Assembly: GCA_963666185.1 (NCBI GenBank)
Contig: OY762634.1
Span: 3,395,284-3,459,283 of the forward strand
DNA from: Dehalococcoidia bacterium
Lineage (GTDB): Bacteria > Chloroflexota > Dehalococcoidia > Lucifugimonadales > UBA1123
Direction of reading: 5' to 3'
DNA: 64,000 nt
Shown here piece by piece: positions 18,057 to 26,312 of this stretch. Both the position numbers and the translations under genes were made by a program. Position 1 is the first letter of the stretch; every line of letters begins with the position of its first letter. The notes below the pieces were generated by a model. That model was not told the origin of the DNA. It searched no databases and saw only the letters and a program-made list of their open reading frames with translations.

Positions 18057-19604
18057 ATGAAGTACGACTACATCATCATCGGGGCCGGTTCGGCGGGCGC
18101 GATTCTGGCTACGCGGCTCACGGAGGATCCGTCCAAGTCGGTTCTGCTGCTGGAAGCGGGGCCGGACTACGCGGAGATGGAAGACTTGCCGGACGAGGTT
18201 CGCTACGGATACGCCACCGCGACGGACATAATGACCAGCGACCACAACTGGCAGTTCACCGGGCGCGCCACGGACGCCGCCGAACCCATGCTTGTGCCGC
18301 GCGGCAGAGTAACGGGCGGGTCGTCGGCCATCAACGGGCAGATATTCCTGCGCGGAGCGCCTGAGGACTACGATAACTGGGCGTCGTGGGGCAACGACGA
18401 GTGGGCGTTCGAGGACTGCCTGCCCTACTTCCGCAAGCTGGAGACGGACACCACCTACTCGGACGACTTCCACGGGACGGACGGTCCTATCATCTGCCAC
18501 AGATTTCCGCCGGAGACTTGGCAGGACGCATCCAAGGCGTTCTACCAGGCGTGCCTGGACTACGGGTTCGAGGACTGCCCCGACCACAACGACCCGGACT
18601 CCACGGGCGTCGGGCCGCTCCCGCTCAACAATCCGAACGGCATCAGGTGGAGCACGAACCTGGGCTACCTGAGCCTGTCGCGTCATCGGCTCAACCTGAC
18701 GATACGCGCGAACTGCACGGTTCATCGGATAGAGTTCGAGGGCAACAGGGCGACGGGCGTCGTGGTGGAGAGCGGCGGCGAGGTCTTCACGGTGGAGGGC
18801 GACGAGGTGATCCTGAGCGCGGGCGCGGTTGGCTCGCCACAGATTCTCATGCTGTCCGGCGTAGGGCCCTCCGCGCATCTGGCCGAAGTGGGCATTCCTG
18901 TCGTCCACGACCTGCCCGGCGTGGGGCAGAACCTGCGCGACCATCCACTGGTCTATGTGACCTGGAAGGCCAAGCCTGAGCATGAGTTCGACCTGAACGG
19001 CCCTCGGATGCAGTTCGGCCTGCGGTACACCGCCACCGGGTCGGACTTGCGGAACGACATGATAGTCTATATGAACACTTTCGCCACGGAGCGCGTGAAT
19101 CGTGGCGGGAACAGGATGGATCCCATCGGCATACGCATGATAGTCGCGCTCGACCTGGAAGTGGGCGCGGGCGAGTTGAAACTGAACTCGACCGATCCGT
19201 CGGATCAGCCGATTCTGGATTACAACTATTTCACGGAAGAGTTCGACAGGGAGCGGATGCGCGAGGCGGTGCGGATTTGCTCCAAGCTGGGCGAACACGA
19301 GGCGTGGAGCGGCATCATCCAGGAGCGCGTGGAGCCGCCCGAAGAGGTGATGGACTCGGACGACGACCTTGACGAGTGGATGGCGCGAGAGGTCACCACG
19401 GGACACCACATCTCCTGCACTAACAAGATGGGGCCGGCGGACGATCCTATGGCGGTCGTTGACCAGTACGGACAGGTTCACGGACTGGAGGGCATCCGCG
19501 TCATTGACGCCTCGATAATGCCGGACTGCGTGAGAGCGAACATCAACGTCACCACCATGATGATTGGCGAGAAGATCGCGGACTTCATCAAGGAGGGCCG
19601 CTAA
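18057..19604 (+). CDS. GMC family oxidoreductase (choline-dehydrogenase-like)
   Basis: YDYIIIGAGSAGAILATRL, GGSSAINGQIF, and C-terminal HHISCTNKMG. Confidence 0.9.
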   Translation: MKYDYIIIGAGSAGAILATRLTEDPSKSVLLLEAGPDYAEMEDLPDEVRYGYATATDIMTSDHNWQFTGRATDAAEPMLVPRGRVTGGSSAINGQIFLRGAPEDYDNWASWGNDEWAFEDCLPYFRKLETDTTYSDDFHGTDGPIICHRFPPETWQDASKAFYQACLDYGFEDCPDHNDPDSTGVGPLPLNNPNGIRWSTNLGYLSLSRHRLNLTIRANCTVHRIEFEGNRATGVVVESGGEVFTVEGDEVILSAGAVGSPQILMLSGVGPSAHLAEVGIPVVHDLPGVGQNLRDHPLVYVTWKAKPEHEFDLNGPRMQFGLRYTATGSDLRNDMIVYMNTFATERVNRGGNRMDPIGIRMIVALDLEVGAGELKLNSTDPSDQPILDYNYFTEEFDRERMREAVRICSKLGEHEAWSGIIQERVEPPEEVMDSDDDLDEWMAREVTTGHHISCTNKMGPADDPMAVVDQYGQVHGLEGIRVIDASIMPDCVRANINVTTMMIGEKIADFIKEGR

Positions 19605-19605
19605 A

Positions 19606-21126
19606 TTGAAGTACGACTACATCATCGTCGGGGCCGGGTCGGCGGGGGCTACGCTGGCGGCGCGGCTGTCAGAAGACCCCAGCCTGTCCGTCCTGCTTCT
19701 TGAGGCGGGGCCGGACTATCCCGACTTCGACACCATACCCGAAGACCTGAAGTACGGCTGGGGCACCGGCGCGGACTTCGTGGTGGAGGACAAGCACAAC
19801 TGGGCATTCACCGGACGCGCGACGCCTCTCAGGACGGACATGGAAGTGCCGCGCGGCAAGGTCACGGGTGGCACGAGCGCCATCAACGGGCAGGTGTTTC
19901 TGAGACCGCTGGTTCACGACTTCGACCACTGGGCGTCGCTCGGCAACGACGAATGGACTTACGAAGATACCCTGCCCTACCTTCGCAAGATAGAGACCGA
20001 CACCGACTTCTCCGACGACTATCACGGCACGGACGGCCCTATCATAGTTCGCAGGCACGCGCTGGACTCGCTTCAGCCGGACCAGTCAGCGTTCTACGAA
20101 GCCTGCCTGGATATGGGCTTCCCCGAGATTCGGGATCACAACTACCCGGGCGCGTCCGGCGTTGGGCCGTACCCGCTGAACAACCCGGGCGGCGTGCGCT
20201 GGAGTACCGCCATAGGCTACCTGGGCGAATCGCGCCACCGGCTGAATCTCACGATACGCCCGAACTGCTTCACGCGGCGCGTTCTGTTCGAGGGGGATAC
20301 GGCGGTCGGCGTGGAGGTCGAGAGCGGCGATGAGGTCTTTCAGGTCTATGGCGACCAGGTAGTTCTGAGCGCGGGGCCGATAGCCTCGCCGCAGTTGCTC
20401 ATGCTGTCCGGTATTGGGCCTTCAGAGCAACTAGCGGAGTTCGGCGTCCCGACAGTCCACGATTCGCCCGGCGTCGGCCAGGGGCTGCGCGACCACCCGT
20501 GCGTGACGATGCTGTGGAAGGCGCAGGATCATGTTCCCGCGCCGCCGCATGAGGTCGGGCCGCAGAAGGTCGCGCTTAGGTACACGTCGCCAGGGTCGCA
20601 CCTGCCGGACGATATGATTACAGTGATGCGCTTCCGCAGGGAAGGTCATATGCTGGTGATGAGCGTTGGCCTATACCTCGCCCTCAGCAAGGGGCGATTG
20701 AGTCTTCAGTCGGCGGACCCGCGCGTCCAGCCGATTCTGGACTACAACTACCTGACCGAGGAGTTCGACAGGCAGAGGCTGAGGGACGGCGTTCGGATGT
20801 GCCTGGATATAATCGGAAACTCCGCCTTCTCGGACATAGCGGGGGAACTCGTGGCTCCGGACCCTGTGGCGCTGGAGTCGGACGACGCGCTGGACGAGTG
20901 GATGCTGGGCGACGTCAGCACGATGCACCATATATCCTGCACCGCCCGGATGGGGCCGGACGACGACCCGATGGCGGTGGTTGACCAGCATGGGCGCGTC
21001 AGGGGCGTTCGCAACCTGAGAGTCGTTGACGGCTCGATACTTCCCGACTGTCCGCGCTCCAATACCAACGTGCCGATAATGATGCTGGCGGAGCGCATCG
21101 CGGGCTGGATAGCGGCGGGTGAGTGA
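19606..21126 (+). CDS. GMC family oxidoreductase (tandem paralog)
   Basis: YDYIIVGAGSAGATLAARL and HHISCTARMG. I place the start at TTG 19606, about 8 nt after AAGGAGGG and 1 nt after the upstream stop. The track start at 19564 overlaps the previous gene. Confidence 0.9.
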   Translation: MKYDYIIVGAGSAGATLAARLSEDPSLSVLLLEAGPDYPDFDTIPEDLKYGWGTGADFVVEDKHNWAFTGRATPLRTDMEVPRGKVTGGTSAINGQVFLRPLVHDFDHWASLGNDEWTYEDTLPYLRKIETDTDFSDDYHGTDGPIIVRRHALDSLQPDQSAFYEACLDMGFPEIRDHNYPGASGVGPYPLNNPGGVRWSTAIGYLGESRHRLNLTIRPNCFTRRVLFEGDTAVGVEVESGDEVFQVYGDQVVLSAGPIASPQLLMLSGIGPSEQLAEFGVPTVHDSPGVGQGLRDHPCVTMLWKAQDHVPAPPHEVGPQKVALRYTSPGSHLPDDMITVMRFRREGHMLVMSVGLYLALSKGRLSLQSADPRVQPILDYNYLTEEFDRQRLRDGVRMCLDIIGNSAFSDIAGELVAPDPVALESDDALDEWMLGDVSTMHHISCTARMGPDDDPMAVVDQHGRVRGVRNLRVVDGSILPDCPRSNTNVPIMMLAERIAGWIAAGE

Positions 21127-21199
21127 CGCGCGTCCGTCCGCCAATCCGCTATCTCGCCTTGTTTCGTAGGATATGGCGTCTGAGAAAGGCGAGACTTCG

Positions 21200-21712
21200 A
21201 TGTTGGGAAAGCCGCCGTGCATACCCCTGATTCTGGCTATGAGATTGATGGCCGTCGCTCTCGGTTGCTGCGGGGGATCATCCGCGCCGCCCATACCTGA
21301 GTCTGCCGACGCGCCGGTCACGGCGAATGTGGAATTGAGCACTGAGGAATCCACCCCGACGCCGTTGCCCGATTCCGCGCCCGCTCCCGTTTCCGACCTG
21401 ACTCCAAAACCCGCTCCGACACCCATCACGCAAACCATGTCCACACCTTCACCCCAACCCACTCTCGTTCCCGACGCGACTCCCGTACCTACGCCGATTT
21501 CCGAATCCACGCCGACGCCTTTGGCCTATGACTCGAACGCGGCGATGTACGACATATTCCCGGGTTTCACCACCTCCATGCCCCGGACGCTTGAAGCGCT
21601 GGAGGACATAGCGGAGAACGGCTTCTTTTTCGCTCTTGCGGGGGCTACTTTGTATTGGGGTTATTGCAGAATGGGTCCGAGTCCATGGATTCTCCATCCT
21701 ACCTTGATATAA
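21200..21712 (+). CDS. putative Pro/Thr-rich lipoprotein (possibly 3'-disrupted)
   Basis: It has a signal-like N-terminus with a possible lipobox (AVALGCCGG) and a PT-rich linker. The short C-terminal part runs 14 nt into the convergent gene. ATG 21173 is an alternative start. Confidence 0.35.
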   Translation: MLGKPPCIPLILAMRLMAVALGCCGGSSAPPIPESADAPVTANVELSTEESTPTPLPDSAPAPVSDLTPKPAPTPITQTMSTPSPQPTLVPDATPVPTPISESTPTPLAYDSNAAMYDIFPGFTTSMPRTLEALEDIAENGFFFALAGATLYWGYCRMGPSPWILHPTLI

Positions 21713-22637
21713 TCCCATATCGCAGTAGTTCAAGTTCAGCGTCTCCCAAGGTGTAATAGTTAGGCGAGCCCTTGATGTTCATAAGCAGGCTGATATGCTG
21801 CAACGCTTCCATGTAACCAAGCCCGACCCATGAAGAGAACTCCAATTGCAGTTCTCTCGGCGTGAGCGGGGACTGTGGCATTTGATTGCCCGTATTGGGT
21901 AGCTGAGGAATTTCACGCCCAGCGTCTTCGTTCGATATGATGCCATACCTCAGCAGTTCGGATTCAGCGTCTCCCAATATGTAATGTTTAGACGAGTCTT
22001 TGATATTCATAAGCAGGCTGACATGCTGCAACGCTTCCATGTAACCAAGCCCGACCCATGAAGAGAACTCCAATTGCAGTTCTCTTGGCGTGAGCGGGGA
22101 CTGTGGCATTTGATTGCCCGTATTGGGTAGCTGAGGAATTTCACGCCCAGCGTCTAAAGTAGTATGTTGACTTATAGTCCCCCGAGAATCTCTAGGTTGG
22201 TCAACTGGGTTATCACGAGCGATTGCCTGTTCAGCGTAGTCAGCGGTTATAACGCCATGCCGTATAAGTTCGCGTTCAATCTGTCCCACAGTGTAGTCTC
22301 CACCACTCATATACAGATTGACATTATCTAATGCATGAATATAACCGCTACCTATCCATCGCATGAACTCGAGATACAATTCTCTAGGGTTGAATGGCAA
22401 TTTGGGAGAAGGATCGCTCAAAGTGGGCGGACTGGCGATTGCCTGTTCGGCGTAGTCGGCGGTTATAACGCCGCACCGTATGAGTTCGCGTTCAGCGTCT
22501 CCCGCAGTGTAGTCGCCTGAGTTTTTAAGGGACATCACGAAGCTGACTTCATCTAACGCCTCCATGTAACCACCGTTAATCCACTTCATGAACTCGAGCT
22601 GTAGTTCGCGGCAATCAAACTTAGCATCCTGCGCCAT
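21699..22637 (-). CDS. hypothetical protein made of four tandem ~76-aa repeats
   Basis: The repeat consensus is RELQLEFxxWxGxGYxEALxxVSLxM...GDAExELxRxGxI, present four times. ATG 22637 is preceded by a canonical AAAGGAGGTGA ribosome-binding site. I recognised no family. Confidence 0.7.
   Translation of the reverse strand: MAQDAKFDCRELQLEFMKWINGGYMEALDEVSFVMSLKNSGDYTAGDAERELIRCGVITADYAEQAIASPPTLSDPSPKLPFNPRELYLEFMRWIGSGYIHALDNVNLYMSGGDYTVGQIERELIRHGVITADYAEQAIARDNPVDQPRDSRGTISQHTTLDAGREIPQLPNTGNQMPQSPLTPRELQLEFSSWVGLGYMEALQHVSLLMNIKDSSKHYILGDAESELLRYGIISNEDAGREIPQLPNTGNQMPQSPLTPRELQLEFSSWVGLGYMEALQHISLLMNIKGSPNYYTLGDAELELLRYGIISR
21781..22155. repeat. 228-bp-period tandem duplication inside the repeat-protein gene
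   Basis: 21781-21927 and 22009-22155 are identical at 145 of 147 positions by direct comparison. Confidence 0.9.
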
Positions 22638-22667
22638 TAAATCACCTCCTTTATCATCTCGGCAGTC

Positions 22668-22821
22668 CATCCTGACCTTCCCCCGTCGAGGGCTGACGGG
22701 AGTAGGCATTTCACCCTCACCCTAGCCCTCTCCCTGAGGGAGAGGGGATCTATTGACTGGAGTTCGTAGCTGATTGGACTTTTGCCTACCCCTGTAAGCC
22801 CGTCGAGGGGGAAGGGATTTT
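22668..22821 (+). repeat. composite intergenic repeat, copy 2: type-A hairpin split by a 106-bp MITE-like insert (22693-22798) flanked by the 11-bp direct repeat cccgtcgaggg (22682-22692, 22799-22809)
   Basis: It has the same 154-bp architecture as 600-753. Here both flanking direct repeats carry G where copy 1 carries A. Confidence 0.8.
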
Positions 22822-22838
22822 TGGGCGGGAACGCGGGC

Positions 22839-23912
22839 TTAGTCGGCGGTTACGGGGACTCTGGACTTTACTTTGTCGCCGGCCCAGCGGAGGAGGTCGG
22901 CGGTCTCGTCCCAGCCTAGGCAGGCGTCGGTTACGGATACGCCGTACTGGAGGGAGTCGCGGCCGCCGTTTAGTTTCTGCGCGCCCGGGTTGATGTTGGA
23001 CTCCATCATACAGCCGATTATGCGGTCGTTGCCCTCGGCGCGCTGGGAAACTACGTCTCTGAAGGCGACGGGCTGGAGCGTGTGGTCCTTGTTGGAATTT
23101 CCGTGGGAGCAGTCAACGAGCAGGTGGGTTCGGACGCCGCCGGCGTCGAGAAGCGCCTGCGCCTCGGAGACGAACGGCTCTGAGTAGTTGGGGCCGGAGC
23201 GTCCGCCGCGCAGCACGAGGTGTCCGTCGGGGTTGCCGCCGGTGTGGATGACGGAGGTCTGGCCGTAGTGGTCTATGCCGAGAAATGCGTGGGCGGACTC
23301 GGCGGATATCATCGCGTCAACGGCGGTCTGGGGGTCGCCGTCGGTGCCGTTCTTGAAGCCGACGGGCATGGAGAGGCCGCTCGCCATCTGGCGATGGGTC
23401 TGGCTCTCGGTGGTTCGCGCGCCGATGGTGGCCCAGCTCACCAGGTCGGCGAGGTACTGCGGCACGATGGGATCCAGGAACTCGGTTCCGGAGTAAACGC
23501 CCATCTCGGCTATGGAGTGCATGAGGCGGCGCGCGATGCGGAGGCCCTCATCAATGTCGAAGGTGTCGTTGAGGTGCGGGTCGTATATGAGGCCCTTCCA
23601 GCCGACGGTGGTTCGGGGCTTTTCGAAATAGACGCGCATGACGATGAGCAGTTTGTCTTCGAGTTCCTTTCGGAGTTCGAGGATTCGGGCGGCGTAGTCC
23701 ACGGCGACCCTCTCGTCGTGTATGGAGCAGGGGCCGACGACCATCATCATGCGGTCGTCCTCTCCGCTCAGAATCCGTCGGATCTGCTCGCGCCCTTCAA
23801 GGACGGTTCTTTCGGCGGCCGGGCTGAGGGGTATCTGCCTTACCAGTTCGACCGGGCTTATCAGTTGTTCGGTACTCACGACATTCACATCCCTGGCTGG
23901 CGACTCTTGCAT
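22839..23912 (-). CDS. aroG: class I 3-deoxy-7-phosphoheptulonate (DAHP) synthase
   Basis: GPCSIHD, YFEKPRTTVGWKGL and GARTTESQTHR are present. ATG 23912 lies 8 nt after GGAGAG, whereas the track start is TTG 23957. Which isozyme (aroF, aroG or aroH) cannot be resolved. Confidence 0.9.
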   Translation of the reverse strand: MQESPARDVNVVSTEQLISPVELVRQIPLSPAAERTVLEGREQIRRILSGEDDRMMMVVGPCSIHDERVAVDYAARILELRKELEDKLLIVMRVYFEKPRTTVGWKGLIYDPHLNDTFDIDEGLRIARRLMHSIAEMGVYSGTEFLDPIVPQYLADLVSWATIGARTTESQTHRQMASGLSMPVGFKNGTDGDPQTAVDAMISAESAHAFLGIDHYGQTSVIHTGGNPDGHLVLRGGRSGPNYSEPFVSEAQALLDAGGVRTHLLVDCSHGNSNKDHTLQPVAFRDVVSQRAEGNDRIIGCMMESNINPGAQKLNGGRDSLQYGVSVTDACLGWDETADLLRWAGDKVKSRVPVTAD

Positions 23913-23959
23913 CTGATCTTCTCTCCTGTGGGGTTCTGACAGTCTTTCGTCTGACAATC

Positions 23960-23986
23960 AAAAACCCCAGTCTGCGCCGACTGGGG
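23960..23986 (-). terminator. rho-independent terminator downstream of the Cys-rich protein gene
   Basis: The minus strand forms an 8-bp GC stem (ccccagtc, 6-nt loop, gactgggg) followed by TTTTT. Confidence 0.6.
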
Positions 23987-24162
23987 TCTGGTTTTCGGTG
24001 TCTCGCCTATTCAGGACTTTGGACAAAACCTATCAGCCGACAGCTTGGCAGCCGGAGCGGTAAAAGTAATATCCAAAGTATCTGTTGGCGAACGATTTCA
24101 TCATGTCGCGCTCAAGATAGCAGGGATGAACGGGCGGTGTCAAATGACGGGGGAAGGGATAT

Positions 24163-25152
24163 TCAGGGTTCGTCTTCGTCGTCGAAACATTCCGGGCAGC
24201 GGCAGTAGCCCCACTTGTCCCGGGCGTGGTCGTCTTCACAGTTTTCGCAATAGCAGACAGCGTCGTTCCAGTCGTCGTCGTCCAGGACGCCGCTCATACA
24301 GAAGTCGTAATGCTTATCCACCAACTTGGGGTTGTAGCCGTCGGGGTAGTTCTCATCGCGCTCAAGAAGGCGGGTGTACCAGGCCGGAATCGGAGTTATC
24401 CAGGTTTCGGGGGATTCACGCCTGATGAACGCCATGTATTCGTTCCATACCAGCGTGGCCTCTATCATCAGATGGCTGTCTTTCTTGGTGGCCGCCATGG
24501 CGCGGCGAGCTACGTACTGGTGTATGTCCTCGCCCGGCTGACAGTGTAGTTGTTTGAACCTGTCCATGGCGGCCCTCTCGCAGACTCTGCATGAGCAGCG
24601 TTCTACGTGTCCGTTGAGGGACTGGACGGTGGGTTGGGAGACGGCCTGCGCTGGTTGTGTCTCAACCTGAGACACTGGCGCGGTCTGAGAGGTTGGCGCG
24701 GTTGTCTTGCGTCGTTTGGCCTTAGTCAGCAGGGGGAAGGCGCAGCCTATGAGTTCTTTGGCGGCGGCTATGCGGATGGACGGGCTGAAGCTCTTTACCA
24801 GTCCGTTCATGGCGTCGAGGAAGAAGCGGATGGTCTTTCGTCCGTTTCGTGTCATCCTGCGGGCGTAGCCTATGAGTTCTCGTTCGGCGGCGCTGAGGTC
24901 GGAGTCGAGTTCGTCCGGGTCTATGCGGCGCTGAACGGAGTCTCTGGGCAGGCTGGGCGGTTTGTTGGCTTCTACGAATTCTACGCCCTGCTCCACGCCG
25001 ATGATGGCGAGGACTCTGCCGGCCATGAGTTGGTGCTGGGGGGTGAATCTGTCGAATTCGCCCTCCATGGCCTGGGTGAGGAAGCGGACTATCTTTCGAC
25101 CGTTGTCGGTTTCCTCTCGGATGATTTGTTGTAGTTCGGGATATGGAGTCAT
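24163..25152 (-). CDS. hypothetical Cys-rich protein (duplicated N-terminal helical module plus three CxCxxC motifs)
   Basis: The 329-aa ORF has two N-terminal repeats (NGRKIVRFLTQAM... and NGRKTIRFFLDAM...), a T/Q/P-rich linker, then CSCRVC, CYCENC and CRCPEC with an acidic tail. Confidence 0.65.
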   Translation of the reverse strand: MTPYPELQQIIREETDNGRKIVRFLTQAMEGEFDRFTPQHQLMAGRVLAIIGVEQGVEFVEANKPPSLPRDSVQRRIDPDELDSDLSAAERELIGYARRMTRNGRKTIRFFLDAMNGLVKSFSPSIRIAAAKELIGCAFPLLTKAKRRKTTAPTSQTAPVSQVETQPAQAVSQPTVQSLNGHVERCSCRVCERAAMDRFKQLHCQPGEDIHQYVARRAMAATKKDSHLMIEATLVWNEYMAFIRRESPETWITPIPAWYTRLLERDENYPDGYNPKLVDKHYDFCMSGVLDDDDWNDAVCYCENCEDDHARDKWGYCRCPECFDDEDEP

Positions 25153-25193
25153 TTCAATTGGGAATTATCAATTAAGAATTTGGAATTGGAGGC

Positions 25194-25223
25194 ATGATAG
25201 CAAGTATGTTCGCTAGAGGTCAA
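25194..25223 (-). promoter_or_regulatory. sigma-70-like promoter for the Cys-rich protein gene
   Basis: The minus strand reads TTGACC (25223-25218), an 18-nt spacer, then TATCAT (25199-25194), in an AT-rich spacer. Confidence 0.45.
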
Positions 25224-25319
25224 GTGTTCTTTTGTGTGGAGTGTGATTGGGGTGATGGGCAGGATGGGTGGGTTCCCGCGCGGTTCGGGGTGGGTACAAT
25301 AGTGGCGGGAGCGTAGTTA

Positions 25320-26312
25320 TCAGGCCAAGCCGCGGTAGCTGTTGGCAAGCCTGATGAAGCGCGGATCCGGCCGCAATTCCGCCGTCAGGGGCAGATGGAT
25401 GGGGCCTAGATGGGACGCGAATCCGTCCAGTCCGCCGGCTAGACCCAAATGTCTTAGTTCGCTCACGGCGTCGGGGTTCAGACGCATCACCATCTCATCG
25501 TCCAGGTAAATCAGCCCATTGTCGAAAGCTCTGTGATATGTGGGAGACAAAGCCAATCCGTTACGCACGCTATCAATGCTCTCGGCTCCGGCTGAGACGG
25601 GAAGAATATGGGCAGCGTCCACCAATTTGAGCTGCCGCCTGGTGACAGCGCAGCGATTCTCATACGCCAGTAGGACTTGTTTGCGGAAGCTGGCGGATCG
25701 TGTCCACCGGGAAGTCTCTCGGATTACTATTTGTCTTTCCTCGTTCAATTCACCTATGTCAGCGCTGGAAACACCTTCTGACGCCGCTCGGGCAACGATA
25801 TCCAGAGAACCCGAATCTTCATCAAGTCCATGGAGTTCGGCTGCGCGTTCAATGTAGAATAACAGCAGGTCGCTCCTCACCCCTACCACGATTTCGCTAT
25901 TCGACTTCGTTTGGAACGACAGCCCGTTCTGAAGCGCGTTATTCAAAACGTTTCGATGGAGCTGTATAGAGGGCGAACCGGATGTAAAGACTAAGTGACG
26001 CGCAACGTCGAAACCGGCGAACACACCCAAGTCCGTGTCGTAACCCAGCAAGACTGTATATCCGTCGGGATTGCGCGGCAGCGGTGATTCGACCGATGTC
26101 ATCTGGATTCGATATTCGTTGGGAAGAGACGCGCGTCCGCCTGGGGACAGCCGCCAGCAGTATGCCCATATCGAAATTTGCCCACCGTCCCGCGCGACCA
26201 TGTATCTCCTTGGGTGAGCCGCCGAGTCGGGTATCCTGATACAGACTGAGCCGGATTCTTGGATAGCGTTGATAATCGCCTGATTGATTACCTCGCGAGA
26301 CTGCATAGTCAT
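25320..26312 (-). CDS. HNH-family restriction endonuclease
   Basis: The C-terminal region is HNH_2-like: FRKQVLLAYENRCAVT...AAHILPV...NGLALSPTYHRAFDNG. Its start overlaps the methyltransferase stop by 4 nt. Confidence 0.8.
   Translation of the reverse strand: MTMQSREVINQAIINAIQESGSVCIRIPDSAAHPRRYMVARDGGQISIWAYCWRLSPGGRASLPNEYRIQMTSVESPLPRNPDGYTVLLGYDTDLGVFAGFDVARHLVFTSGSPSIQLHRNVLNNALQNGLSFQTKSNSEIVVGVRSDLLLFYIERAAELHGLDEDSGSLDIVARAASEGVSSADIGELNEERQIVIRETSRWTRSASFRKQVLLAYENRCAVTRRQLKLVDAAHILPVSAGAESIDSVRNGLALSPTYHRAFDNGLIYLDDEMVMRLNPDAVSELRHLGLAGGLDGFASHLGPIHLPLTAELRPDPRFIRLANSYRGLA

Noticed and set aside
17823-19481. 552-aa minus-strand ORF antisense to the first GMC oxidoreductase gene
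   Set aside because: It is Arg/Val/His/Pro-rich low-complexity sequence with no motifs. It lies exactly antisense to a gene with strong family motifs. This is the usual shadow ORF of high-GC DNA.
24033-24239. 68-aa minus-strand ORF, or its 23-aa aromatic-rich tail MMKSFANRYFGYYFYRSGCQAVG, as a small peptide gene downstream of the Cys-rich protein
   Set aside because: It overlaps the 3' end of the 329-aa gene in another frame. It has no ribosome-binding site before either Met, and I cannot check conservation. It is probably spurious, though the short peptide could be revisited if transcript or ribosome-profiling data exist.
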